A stretch of 64,000 nt of DNA from Psammoneis japonica (taxonomy: Eukaryota): contig QPGO01000067.1 in assembly GCA_008632985.1 (NCBI GenBank), positions 258,142 to 322,141 of the forward strand, read 5' to 3'. The translations under genes and the position numbers were made by a program. Shown piece after piece: positions 50,979 to 63,880 of the stretch. The notes beneath the pieces were generated by a model that saw only the letters and a program-made list of their open reading frames with translations, was not told the DNA's origin and ran no database searches. Within the stretch, counting starts at the first letter, position 1. Every line of letters starts with the position of its first letter.

Positions 50979-53900
50979 TCCTCTGTTGCCAATTTCTCAC
51001 CTCTACTTTCATCTCACTCTTTGGATCAAGTCATTTGGTGTGCTGCATCTCCCTGTTTGTCCATGTCAGCATCTCTGGGCATCTGCCACTGTTGTCATTT
51101 GAGTTGGAAGTTTGTGTTGACAACTTCCAGGCAACCCACAGCCACCACATCAGCCAAGGCAAGTGCAGCAAGTGTCGCAAGAAGCCTGGTGGGGTCCCCT
51201 TTTAGTGGCACTGGCTTGCCAGCTCAGTGCTCACTCTAAAGAGTGAGAGGTGGGAGACACTTGTTGATGACAAAGGCCCAGGGAGCATTTGACCAGAAGG
51301 GGCAAGAAGCCTCAGAAAAGGAGCCAGATGGCTCCACAACTGGGTGTGTTTTGCACCAGCATCAGCCAAAAGCATGAGACTCTAAGTGAGAAGGCAAAGG
51401 CCATGGCAGCCTTGGCATTCCTGGCATGGAAAAGAAACAAGATGGTCTTCAAAAAAAGGGCAAATGGTTTGTGAAGGCAAACTGACAAGAGCACAGCTGG
51501 ACAAGGATGAGTCAGCCAGTCAACAGAATTGTCAACAACAAGTGCTGATGACAGCTGTTGTTGATGCTGTAGAAGAGCATGACATGATGAGCACCAGTGT
51601 GCCAAGTGCATTCACTCAAAAGTTGATGTCGGAGCCTGAGCAAGGCAAAGACCAGATCATGATGAAGATTTCTGGAGCATGGGTCGACATGTTGGCAAAC
51701 ATTGACCCCAACCCACACAGACCATCATTTGTTGTCATGGAAAGGGAAAAAAGAGTCCCCTGTGATTGAGCCACTGGAGAAGTGTGCAGTGCATTTGTTG
51801 CAGCTCCACTGTGGTGCAAGACATTTTGCAAAGACTTGGAGAAGATCAAGCTCAAGTTTGGCCCATGATGCAGTCCATGCACTGCCAACCAAGAAGCAGT
51901 CAACGGCAAACAGCACAAGCCATGCCAACCTGAAAACAAATGACAAACTCACAAGCTGGCTCAACACAAAGCATGGAAGCCATGGAGAAGCTGTGGCGAC
52001 ACAAGGAAAGAAAAGCATGGCTGCCATGAAGTGACCAAATTTCTGGGTGCAAAATGAAGGGGTCCATCTGCTTTTCTTTTTGCTGAACATCAATTTGTGT
52101 TTGTGCTGGCAGCTGTTTCAGTGTGAAGCAACCTTGACAACACATGTCTGAGATTTCAAATTTTCCATGACTTGTGGAGCAAAATGCAATGACAACAGCG
52201 GCCATGAATGCATTGCTCCACCAGTGGCCACAAACTCACCATGAGACTCTGATGTGTGTTGACAGCTTGCATTCACATCACATGTGTGTGACTTTTTGAG
52301 TTTCAAAGTTCTTTGACAATGGAGAAAACACCTGAAACAACCACTTTTCTGCCTGTCACTTTTGACTGCATGAGCCCAGAATGAGCCAACCACACTCACA
52401 TGCAGGCATGTTTCTGTTCTCCCACAAATGAGTTCATGACATGCAACATGCTGTTGATTGTCACATCTCTTGAAGGTGATCCCATCAAGAAAGTGGCATT
52501 TGCAGAGTTGCCATGGTGAGGTGGTGTTGTCTGTGGCTTTCCTGTGGCAAATTTGCACCAATTCTGAGCCATGCTTGTTGAGTTGGCAAGGATGCAGCAT
52601 TTGCCAGTGCACATGACAGGCCCACCATTCTCCTCAGTGGCAGTGCCTGCAGCAAAAAAATCATCATTTGGCAAAAAAAACTCAGGCAAAGAAGACCTTC
52701 AAGTGACAAAGTGGCACATGGATGATGCACCATTTGCAGTGCACCCCAATTTCAAGAGCCACACAAGGAAAGCTGTGACAATGGGCAGTTTGGCAGTGCA
52801 CGCCATGTTGAAGTGACAGAAGAAGCTCAACAGGCCACCCAGAGCAGCACAATTGCTGAACTCACAAGAGTCAATGACACAGCCAGTCATGATTTTGTGA
52901 ACAAAGTTGTTTGTAGAGCACTGGGGGGGGGGGCAGTCAACAAGAACATCCTGCATCAGGACAACAAGAGCGCTGGGCCATTGGAAGCCAATGGGCACTG
53001 GAGTGCTGGGAAGCAATCCAGAGCACTTGCACTTGGCATTTTTTGTGTCAACCAAGTTGAGAAGGGCAACCTCAGAGTTGACACATGGAATGGACAGAAG
53101 GACAGGTTTGTGAAAGAAGTGGAGACATCTGTCAAGATGAGCACGCAAAGCATTTGTGGATTTGAGTTGATGTCCAAGCCAATCCTCCAACAAAACACTT
53201 TAGATTCCTGTCAGCTGACAATGGGTGCAAGACAAGGAGAGTGCAAAGAGGGTCACATCAAGATCCCTTCTTCAGTGCCAACCAAAGTGGCATGAGCTGT
53301 GTGGATGAGAAGGTTTGCACTGACAGAAGACATGCTCAAATGCACCAAACTGTGAATGGGAGAAATCAATGAAGATGTGTGTCCGCTGCTGTGCCAATGT
53401 TTTCCATTCATGACAATGTGTCAAATGAGGTTGAAGTGTGCACCATTGCACATGAACATTTGACCAAGGAACATTGGCAGATTGTTGGTTATCAAGCCTT
53501 AAGACAAGGAAAGGCACATTGTTGCAATTGGACAATGGTGCTGAACAAACATGTGTGACAGGCTCATTGCTTGGTCAAGGGGGGTGGCAACTTGCAGCTG
53601 GCCTCAGACAAACAAGACATTGACCACTTGAGCAAATGGCCATCTGCCAGCTGTCCTGCTCATGGTGTGGATTCACCCGGGATGTGTGGTCTCCTTGTGA
53701 AGCCCAGTGCTGGTCATCCTGAGGACAGTGTGAGTCATTGTCAACTCACTCAGGATGCACGTGGTGTGGTCTGTGATGCTGAGAAGCTGGCATTGTTTTT
53801 CAACCATGACGTCAATGCTCCAAGCCCTTCTTTGAGATGGACTTGTCACAACATGATGCTCTTTGAATTGGTTCCCTTGAAGGTTGACTGTTGGGTCAAG

Positions 53901-54490
53901 GGTCAAGGAGCTGTTGCTCTGTTGGAAAGGATTTGCAGTGCCAGCACACTGGGCAATTTGTGGAGAGTGTGCACGGAACAGCCAGCCAGCTCAATGACAT
54001 GATTGACTTCTTTCCAATGAGGGGTGACATGCTGGCCTGCACTGTTGCAATCTGGAAGGCTTCAGTGCTGAGGCAATGACAGACCACACTGGTGCTGATC
54101 TCCCCCCATGTCATCACTCCCAATTTTTAGAAACACCAATGACATGTGAGCAACAGGAATGCATTGGAGCATCCAGGTCATGGCGCTGCACAGAACCTGG
54201 GCCCATTGAAGCAAAGATTCTTTGTTCTTTGACAAGGTGAGTTGGTGTCTGTTGCTTGAGGACTGTCCTCTGCTGCCAATCTCTCACCTCTGCTTTTGTC
54301 TCACTCTTTGCAGTGAGTTGTTTGGTGAGAAAATCAATTTGTCTGTTGTCATCACCATGTGCCTGCCGCTGTTGCTGTTTGAGCTGGAAACTTGTGCTGA
54401 CAACTTCTGGGCAACCCACAGCCAACACAGCAGCCAAGGCAAGTGTGGAGAGCATCGCAGGATGAAGCCTGGCAGGGCTCCCTTTTGGTG
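50979..54490. repeat. Two diverged direct copies of about 230 bp (about 50979-51210 and 54267-54490)
   Basis: Shared ctcacctct, tctcactctttg, gacaacttc, ggcaacccacagcca and cagccaaggcaagtg segments in the same order. Confidence 0.85.
51400..53100 (+). mobile_element. Degenerate Ty1/copia (CoDi-like) RT and RNase H
   Basis: VLMTAVVDAVEEHDMMSTSVPSAFTQ, IMMKISGAWVDML, LWCKTFCKDLE, KWHMDDAPFAVHPNFKSHT, SSTIAEL, ILHQDNKSA, SAGKQSRAL. Confidence 0.9.
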
Positions 54491-55019
54491 ACGTCAACTT
54501 GCCTGGTGCTCAAAAAGTTGAGGTTTGCAGTGGTTCCTGATGCCTCGCCTGTGCAAACTTCTCGCGTCTGAGTCTGGGGGTGAGCACAAACTTTCTCAAA
54601 ATGCAGCACAAGTGCAGCATGCATTGTTTGTCAAGTGAAAGGAATTGTGCATGTTCACAATCACATGTTGTTGTGCACATTAATTGCACCACAATTGTGG
54701 ATGCACGCAAAGGACAGATCAATCACACAAATGTGATTGATGTTGAAAATTGCAGGTGCAATTGAATGATGATGATGACACACAAGAGATGTCAATGTTG
54801 ATTGCATCTGGACAACATGTTGTCACAATCTAATTCTCCACAAGGCCTTGAGTCCACAGAAGCAGTGCAAAAGCTTTGGGCCATTGAGAACTCCTTTGGA
54901 GAAACTTCAAATCTCAGAACAAAATCTAATCCCACAATTTTCCACTTGTGTTGTGATTTGTTCTACTTTCATTTGCACCATTTCTTTGAGCACAGTGAAG
55001 AAAACAAAAACACAAAAAT

Positions 55020-55750
55020 GAAGCTTTCACCTCACAGTGCAGTTGACAAATCTTCCATCAAGCAGGAGAAGATGGTTCCTGTGCCATTGGAGTTGATTTC
55101 TGAGCTGAAGATGCTCAAACTGAGTCAGTGCCTCAAGACGGAGCAGGGCTTTCACCCCAAGGACAAGCAAAGAGAGTTGCATCTGCATGGTCAATGTCAA
55201 GCACTGCAACAAACAAGGAGTACGACATGTCACCAAAGTTTTGGTTGGACAGAACATTCACAAGCAAGCTGGTGAGTTCCGGCTCAAGCATGTGTTGTTG
55301 CAGGGAGATTTTGTTCAAGTTTTTGAGAACAAGGTGACAAACACAGATGACGAAGAAGCCAAAGGAGCCTTCAAAAAATGCCTGCATTGTCTCTCAAGCC
55401 ATGTCTTCCTCAAGAATGCACTTCAGAACCAGAAACAACATCTGCGTCATAATCTCAAGAAACCAGAGTCAATGAAGATTCAAGAAATTGCCACGTGGAC
55501 TCAGGAGGTCATGTGGACTTGAAGTTCTGTCCCCCCTTTGAAGATGACCAACAGCTGGAAGAAGATGAGCTCAAGGATGTTGTGTGCAATCATGCACCTT
55601 GCAAATGGTGGCGTCAGTCAACTGCACAAGGTTTCAAAACTTTGGATCAAAACCTTCAACAAGTTGGTTGAGTTTTTGGAACGTCTGGAGGTTGCAGAGG
55701 ACATCTTTGCCACCATTCATGTCAAGGGCAATGCCAACAGCAAGCCTGAT
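55020..55750 (+). mobile_element. Degenerate gag-like ORF of an LTR retrotransposon (probably gypsy)
   Basis: LLQGDFVQVFEN, CLHCLSSHVFLKNALQNQKQHLRHNLKKPESMKI and LVEFLERLEVAE resemble diatom gypsy gag sequences. Confidence 0.55.
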
Positions 55751-56699
55751 TCCAAAATCAAAAGTGGGCTTCAATGTGGTCCCAAAATGGTCACCTGCAA
55801 GGCACCAATGTTTGCAACATGTTTCCGTGCTTGACCAGAGTGATGGTTGTAAAAAATTCCACATGTCTGCCCAATTTTCCTGCCAATCTTCTTGGTGCAT
55901 GGACATTGATTCTTGTCACAGACAAGTTGTTGGTTTGTGGATCATTTGATCAATTGTTCTCATTTTGAGCTGCCTGTTGTCCATTTTGTGTGCACATTGT
56001 TAAACTTGTCAAGTTTGCATGCATTTCATCCCTTCTCTTTCCAATTGTCAGCTGGTGCCCTTCTGTCTTGCTCTGTTTGTGCCACATCTCTCCTTTTTTC
56101 CACTGCACACACCACAAGCCACATGCCGGCCCAAACTCTGCCAAAGACAATGCTCTCCAATGACCTTTTCAAAGGCATCCCCAGTGCTCTTCCTTCTTTC
56201 ATTGTGGCCTTGACAATGCATCTTCCTTGCTCCCCCCATTGCTCTCTGAGTGACAACTGTGCCTCATTCTCATTGGATGCATCGTTGCCTTCCAACCAAT
56301 CCCTTGGTTCAAGCACCACAGGATTGTTGTCCCTGTCTCTTGATGATGGCAATCCATCCTCCCTCTTTCCTGATGGCAGCAATCATGAGCATCAACCTCC
56401 CACTCATGGTGACCCCTCCTCCGCTGAATCGCTGTTGGAATTTTCCTTGACAACGCCTCTGCCAATTCTCATGCTGTGCCACAGCCTGACAAACTCAGTG
56501 CTGGGGTGTCTTGCCCCAGTGCCAAGTGGTGAGCACATTTTTATGATGACATTCTTCTCCTTGAGGAGGAGTTTGATGTGTTCTCAGCACAACAATCTGT
56601 GTCATCCTCTTCCCCCCCTGACAATGACAAGGACAACAAAGGACTGCACTGCTTTGATGCACTTGAGTTGGAGGTGATGGAAGAAGCTCAACTGTTGCA

Positions 56700-59540
56700 A
56701 CCTCCCTGCATTTGAGACACCAATGCCACCAAAAGCTTTGTCCTGTGGAGGAAGAGTTGGTTGTGATGATGAAAAAGCATTGTCTTTCCCACGGTTTGCA
56801 CAAGGCTTTTCTTTCCTGGGCTAAATGTGCCAAGGAAAGTGACTGTGAGTGCAAGTCTCTCTCCTGCTCTGCAGCCTTGCAACGCATGAAAGCCAAGCAT
56901 TTTGATTTTGTTGGACCAGAGCTCATTTGCTCCACAGTGAACATGGGTCCTGATTTTTCCTTTCTGCACTCTTGTGTGAAAAGGGCATTTTGTGATCCCC
57001 AGGTTGTCCAGTCTTGTCAGTGAATGCACAATGAGAAGCGCTGCCCCTGTTGCTGCTCTCTCAACACAGGCAACTGGTGGAAGCAAGTGGAGCATGATCT
57101 CAAATCTTCCCTTGCTCAACTCGGCAATGGCTGCCCATCTGGGTCACATCATGTTTGCCCGGTTGTGCTTTTTGATGATTCTGCCCTTTGTGACAACATT
57201 GGTCATTTGCAAGCACAACCTGTTTTTTTTGACATTGGGAAATTTTAACAATCTCAAATCTTCCCTTGCTCAACTGGCAATGGCTGCCCATCTGGGTCAC
57301 ATCATGTTTGCCCGGTTGTGCTTTTTGATGATTCTGCCCTTTGTGACAACATTGGTCATTTGCAAGCACAACCTGTTTTTTTTGACATTGGGAAATTTTA
57401 ACAATGAGTGTCATCACAGCCACTCCCTTTGGTCAATGTTGGAAATGGTGCTGCTGCACCCAAAGACAAGCAATGAGCACACCGCCAACCATCAGTCAAA
57501 GCTCAGACAGGAGACGCACATCAAGCTTTGTCACAGCACTCTGTGCAAGACATTCACTGAGTTGCTTCAACTGTCAAAGCAAAAGACTTGTTTCCCAATT
57601 GTCCTGCCATTTCTTGGCTTGGTTCACCTCCACTTTTGATTGTGCATGACAATTGGCAATGCAAAAGGCCATGATGACATGGCTTGTCACAGCAACTCCC
57701 ACTCCAGTGACATTTTTCAGATGAACAGGGATTGTGACATTCCCCAGCATTTTGGCAATTGTCCCTTGTTTGCTTGCAATTTAGTCAAACAAGAGCACAT
57801 CCAGGGCACAGCAGAGGCTGCCATTGTGGCAGTGGAGGAAAAGCATCATGGCAAGGCAACTGCTGCTCGTGAGAATGGGCTCAAGGATGTTTCCCAGCAC
57901 TTGGCTCGTCCCGTCTTTTGGGATGTTCCTCACAGCAGAGGAAAGCACAGCATTTTTGGCATGCTTCCCTGGGAACTGTTGCATGCCTTGCACCTTGGTC
58001 TTTGCAAGCATCTTCTTCATGCATTCTTCAACTTGTGTCAAGTCCCAGAAAACATGTTGTCATGGTGCCACAACTGTCATGTTGACTGGGAAGCCACAAC
58101 GGATGAACAACCATCCATTGTCTTCAAGGAGCTCCCCAAGCTTTTTGACAAAGCTGAGTTTGAGAGATGCTTCAGAGTTGTGGCACATGCCTCCAAACAA
58201 CAAAGCAATTGAAAGATGCCAAGAACTCCCTTCAAGAACAGAGTGACAGACCAGACTCATCTTTCTGGCCAAGAGCATCCAGGTTTGCTGCTGGCGACAC
58301 TTGCTGCAATGAAAGGCATGCTTTCAAATGGAGATGACAGCCTTGAGCCCCCAGAGAGTCACTTTGCCCACCTGATGTTTGTGTCCTTGGGATTGGATGC
58401 AGCACTTTCCATGTCTCAAAACAAGGAAAGCTTTCTTGAGCCACTTCAGAACTGCCTTGTCAAGCATCTCCAACTGTTTCAATTTGTTGCCGGCCCATTC
58501 AGAGAGTGCTGCTCATGGTCCAGACTCCACATGTCCAAGCTCCATGGCCTTCTTCACTTTCTTTTTTTGTGCATCAGTGTGGCAACACCAACAATTTTTT
58601 TGGTGGATTCTGTGAAGCTCTTCTCAAGATGCTTCGCAAGCAACCCACCAAAAACACAAGTCGTTGGCAGGCCAGGCCAGACCTTGATGTGATGAATCGC
58701 CATCATGAGGATCTTGTGGCAAGGGAATCAGAGAAACATTTGCTCAATGCAGGTTGGCTGCATGAACAAGAGGACATGGCTCCTTCCATTGCTTCATCCA
58801 ATTGCACATGCACGGACCCCACAACAGGATTCAAACCTCACAAATCTGTGATGACGGTCACCCGTGTTGCAATTTTGGGTCAAGTCAATGGATCATGGTC
58901 TGTAAAATTTGGCAGCAAGCAGCCAGAGATGCTGTCCCATCTGTTTGTTCCAGGTGATTGTGGCAATGAATGGGTGGCCGCATTGCTGGATCATGTGGAT
59001 GATCAATGCAAAGCTTTCCCCATTGGCCTTGTCAATTTTCATTTTGGATGTGACACTCCAAGCTCTGCCAATGACAAGCATGACATCCTGAGATGTCACC
59101 CTGACTTTCACTCCCATCCAGGGAACAAAGGAGTTGGCATGACTGGGCCATGGTTAACTGGGACAACATTGAAACAAGCTGTTCCGTTGCTGCAGGTGTG
59201 TTGTTGTGGGCAACCTTTGAAAGTGAAGCAACCAGCCACAGATTGACAGTTTGTGCCATCCAATCCCTTCGAAGCTTCAAACCATCAAAAGATTCTTTGC
59301 TCACCTTTTTTGTTGGTGATGAAATGGAGTCCGATGTCCAAGTTGTTGATGCCACTGACATTTTGCCTGCTGCCTTTGTCGTCCCATCAACGAGGTCCCC
59401 ACAAGACCACTTTCCCAACAATTTGGAGGACACCACCCACTTTGTTGTGATTCCACCAAGGATTGGCTGGTGCGAAATGACCACGTCATTGACAGAGGAA
59501 TGTTTGGACACTGAACACTCAGATGAGTGTTGGTGAATGC
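56700..59540 (+). mobile_element. Degenerate Plavaka/CACTA-like transposase
   Basis: PVFLTLGNF, IGNAKGHD, PWELLHALHLG, MPRTPF, SKLHGLLHF, GNTNNFFGGFCEALLK..KQP, RCHPDF..WHDWAMVNW in the expected order. Confidence 0.65.
57097..57405. repeat. Near-perfect 154 bp tandem duplication
   Basis: atctcaaatcttcccttgctcaac starts at 57097 and 57251; copies differ by one base indel. Confidence 0.95.
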
Positions 59541-62249
59541 TTGAAACAAACAACTGAACATTTGTTTCTGTCAAATTTTAACCAACAAGCCATCATGGTT
59601 CATTGATTGTGTTGGCAGATTCCAATGACAGAGATCCCATGGACAACAATGATTCGCTGCTGTCTGTGGGGGGCTCTGTTGACAGCAAGTCACACTCAGA
59701 AAACATTTCTCCACAATCAATGTTCGTCTTTGGCGAGTTGATTAAAGACAGGTTGAGAGGTGTCTTTTGACTTGGAGAAGCACCGTTGTGCTGTTCTCTG
59801 TTGTCATCTTCAAAAGACTGTTTCTCCTTTGTTTCCAATGGCAGGTCCTCTTCTGCTGAAATGGCATCCTTGGTGTGCACATCCGAGGATTCCATTTTGT
59901 TGACCAGAACGTCTGCCTTCAACCCTGCTGATGAGGATGGGGACACAACCAAACACTTGTTTGCCGTGGTGTCACACAAAGTCTGCAGCAACGGGGTTGC
60001 ATTCTTCCCCCAAAAAGCATTGTGGCTCGGGTGTGGCATGCATCCTGGGCAGTTTGCTTTTAGCTCCAATGTGATGGGCTGAACCAACTCCTGTTTTCCA
60101 ATGCTTTTTTCCAAGGAAATGCCAAGCAACAACACATTTGACAGTTTGCAGCATTGCAAAAGTGCTTTTGTGTGTCCGTTCCATGCAACCTGAACAATGT
60201 CCCTGTGTTGTTTCACACCAAAGGTCACTTTGGGTGTTGTGCACTTTCTTCCAGTCTGTTGGTTGCACCTGACTTTGGTGTTTCCAACTCCACTGCACAG
60301 TGGGAATGGTGAAACGTCAGCCAGCACAACACACACCCCTGCTCTTGGCTTGGTCGAGCATGCGCACTTTGTTGTTGGTTCTTTCCTTGTACGAATCAAG
60401 TGTGTGTCGAGGTTGCAATGGTGTCACAATGCTTTGTGAAATGGGCAATGTCCTGGGCAGCACACTTCTGCTTGGATTTTGCCAATGGGGCCTTGGCAAG
60501 GCAATGATTGCACAAATGTGAGCATTCTTGAGAAACACCCTCATTGGCTGCATTGCTGCTTTTGGGTGCAACTGGCACATCTTCCATGTTTTGCAAGCTG
60601 TCAATCAGATCATCCTTGTGGTGCTGGAAGATGTGTGTGAGGAGCCACTTTACAGTGATCAACTGTGTGAGTGCCTCCTGGACTCAACTGTCCATGCAGT
60701 GGGTCACAGTCAAGCCATCCTTCTTGGCACAAAAATCATCAATTTTTTGGAGGCTCTGATTGCGGTCTTTCGTTGGTGTTCGAGTGCAACAGAGACATGC
60801 AACGGCAGCCAGAGGCAAGAAAAACTCCACCCACAGAGACAGGACCAATCTCCCAAAGTGACAGGTGGTGCAGAGATGGGCTGTGTTGCAACAGCATGCG
60901 ATGGCTCTGTTTTCCTTGACAGTCAGTTCAGTTCTGGCACGAGGGGCATTGAACAAGTCAACAGGAGTGCGCTGACCTGCAAAAGACAAATGAACCATAA
61001 AGCCATTGTGAGTGACAGAGAGCAGAGTCAAAAAAGAGGGGAAAAGTGTTTGCTCACCTGGACAACCGTGATTGGAACCACAGACTCTGTGATGTTTCTC
61101 AAAAATGCTGTCCAGGACTGTGGGAAACAAGGCACTGCAGGCCTTGGGCAGCAGAGTGTGTTCAATTTGTGAATGGAGGTGGGAAGCAAAGGTGTTTTGT
61201 TCTTAATTCATTGAGTTGAGGGCCGATGGGCCAACCTTCTCCCAAAAGTTTTGACGAACTTCAGGTTTGTTGAATTCATTGTTTGACCGGTCCTTGTCCC
61301 ATCAAGGCAAAGGGACATTCAGAGCCCAACACTGGCACCCAGGAGTGAGTGCCAATTCATGGTGTCACTGATCTCTTGTTTGGATGGAAAACCTGGAGAG
61401 AGAAGAGAACAACCCACCTTCAAGTTGCCCACCTTCTTTGCAAGGTTGGTCTCCAAATTTGTCATTTCACTGGCATGAAGGGTCTGTTTCTGAGCTTTCT
61501 GGAGAGAGGATGTGGTCTTGTTGGTTGTGGCAATTTTTGCACTGCAGGTGTGGTGCTTCTCCTGCAGTTTCTTGCACATCTTTTTGTTTTTGGTTTTGCA
61601 CAGGCTGAGCATCCTCCAGTGAAACAAAAGCCACATCCTGCAATCTTTGCCAGACATTTGGTTTGGGTTGATGCCATGAATGGCATGATGCTTGGAGACT
61701 TTGAGCAGATCGGCAGTCTTGCAGGAAGGGATTTTGTCACACTGCTGGAGAAATTCAACATCCTCTTTTCAGTCAGAGGGGAACAGTTCTCAGACATCTT
61801 TGGAGGAGTTGACTTCTTCATTGGTGGAGGCTAGATTGGCAGCGGCAGCTGTGGGGTCATTGGCTGGTGGAGAGCAGCTGCAGACAGAGAGCCTTGACAA
61901 CACCAAGAGCTGACCCTGGAGCCTTGCCTTGGTGGTCCAGTGGAAGCAGCTTGGCCTGGTGTTTAAGCTGAGCAAGCAGCACCTCCACCATGACCTCCAC
62001 TGTGGCCACCGGCACCACAGGTGCGACTGGCATTGTTGTGGTCAGCAACTGGTGAGTTGGTCTTCTTCCTTTTTCTTGGCGGCGTGGTCAACAAGAACAC
62101 CAAATGGAAAGAAAACAGGATGAGTGACATCCCAGAGAAGGCAAAAATGTGAAATCTGACAGCAAATGCAAGACGCAGTTCTCATCACCAGCATTGGACA
62201 AGCACAAAATGATTGACAAGATGGCGCATGTGGACAGCACTCCTTCTTC

Positions 62250-63880
62250 TTCATGTCAATGTGATGTGATCATGGGACACAACTTGATGAGCAATCTTGG
62301 GATCGTGCTTGATTTTGCAAATGAAGAAATCAAATGGGAAGATGCAGCTGTGCCAATGAAGGATGCACATGCACCATTTGATGCTGAGGGTGGTCTTCAA
62401 GCTGATTGCCAATCACATGGAGGAATCTCACACCATGAAAAGTCTCAATGACAGGGTCAACAGGATCCTTGATGCTGACTGTCACACTGCTGACCTCAAC
62501 AATGTGACTGCTGCAACAGCAACTCACCTTGCTCCAGAGGAGTGGAAGCAATTGAACTTTCTTCTAAAAAGATTCAAAAATCTTTTTGACAGTTCCTCAG
62601 GTGCATGGGCTGGAAAACTGGTCAATCTTGCATTGAAGTCAGGGGCAACCCCACATCATGCAGTGCCATTTCCTGTTCCACAAGCCTTGGAGGCAACTGC
62701 TTGAAAGGAAGTCAAAAGCCTCTGCAAGACAGGAATCTCAAGAAAAACAATCCACTTAGAATGGGCAGCTCCAACCTTTGTTCAACCTGAGAAAAATGTC
62801 GGAGTTCAATTTTTGTCCAACTTTTGCAAGCTGAGTCAGAGGTCAATGTGCACTCCGCACCCCCCACCTGACATTCAAGACATGCCGCAGAAGCTCAAGG
62901 GCTTCATGCATGCAACGTCATTTGATTTGAACATGGGATGTCATCACATTAAGTTGACACCATGCGCACATTGGTTGTGCACCATTGTGATGCCGTGGGG
63001 CAAATGTGAGCACTGCAGACTGCCTGTGGGAATTTGTGGAGCTCCAGACATTTTTCAAGAGCACATGAGTGACCTCATGGCAGGCTTAGAATTTGTCAGG
63101 ATGCACATTGACAACATGCCATGCCTGACATGTGGTGACTTGAAGGATCATCTTAAAAAGCTCAAAACAACATTTGCGCAACTTGACAAGCTGGTTTAAA
63201 GTCAATGCCAAAAAAAACCTTTTGTGAAACCCAAAGTGGATCATCTTGGGTTTCACATTTTGCAGCAAGGCATCAAACCAATCCCCCAAAATGTGGAGGC
63301 AATTCAATCTGTCGCTGCTCCCAAAATGACATTTTTTTGGCATGATCAATTGTTGTCAAGATGTGTGGCCTCAACAATCTCATGCACTTGCTCATCTGGC
63401 CAGACTCACCTCATCCAAGGTCAAGTGGCAATGGGCAAGCATGGAACAAAAAGCCTTCAAAAATGTGAAGCAAATTGTGTCAAAAGATGTGTTTTTGGCA
63501 AACCCAAATTTTGACAAACCCTTTGAGACAAGCACAGATGCAAGCAATTCTAAATTGGGTGCCGTCACATCACAAGACAAATGACCCGTTGCCTTCTTTA
63601 GCAGAAAGCCAAATGGAGCACAGATGCGACACACCACAATGGAAAAAGAGCTGCTGTCCATCATTGAAGCTCTTCTTGAGGAGTTCTGAAATGTGCTGTT
63701 TGGTGGCCAACAATTAAAAACATTTGCAGATCATGAAAACCCTGCTCATGAGAATTTTGCTGTGGACAGAGTCATGTGTTGGCATCCAACAACAAAAGAA
63801 TGCAGTCCTGAAACAATTTGCCTCATGGGCAAGGCCAATGTCATCACAGATGCAATCAGCCAACTTGCTGTGAAACAAAT
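62250..63880 (+). mobile_element. Degenerate Ty3/gypsy pol (protease end, RT, RNase H)
   Basis: CDVIMGHNLMSNLGIVLDF, PHHAVPFPVP, DLNMGCHHI, WGKCEHCRLPVG, PDIFQ, HIDN (YIDD), HLGF, TDAS, AFFSRK, EKELLSII, ANVITDAISQL. Confidence 0.95.

Noticed and set aside
53570..54120. Possible non-LTR retrotransposon fragment on the minus strand
   Set aside because: Only vague resemblance; no motif strong enough to call.
59590..62040. Minus-strand ORFs as accessory genes of the Plavaka-like element
   Set aside because: Degenerate and without recognisable motifs; cannot be assigned.
62250..63880. Alternative genetic code or RNA editing to explain Tyr->His/Cys
   Set aside because: Neighbouring host genes use TAY for Tyr normally, non-coding repeats are affected too, and the TE frames also carry stops and frameshifts.
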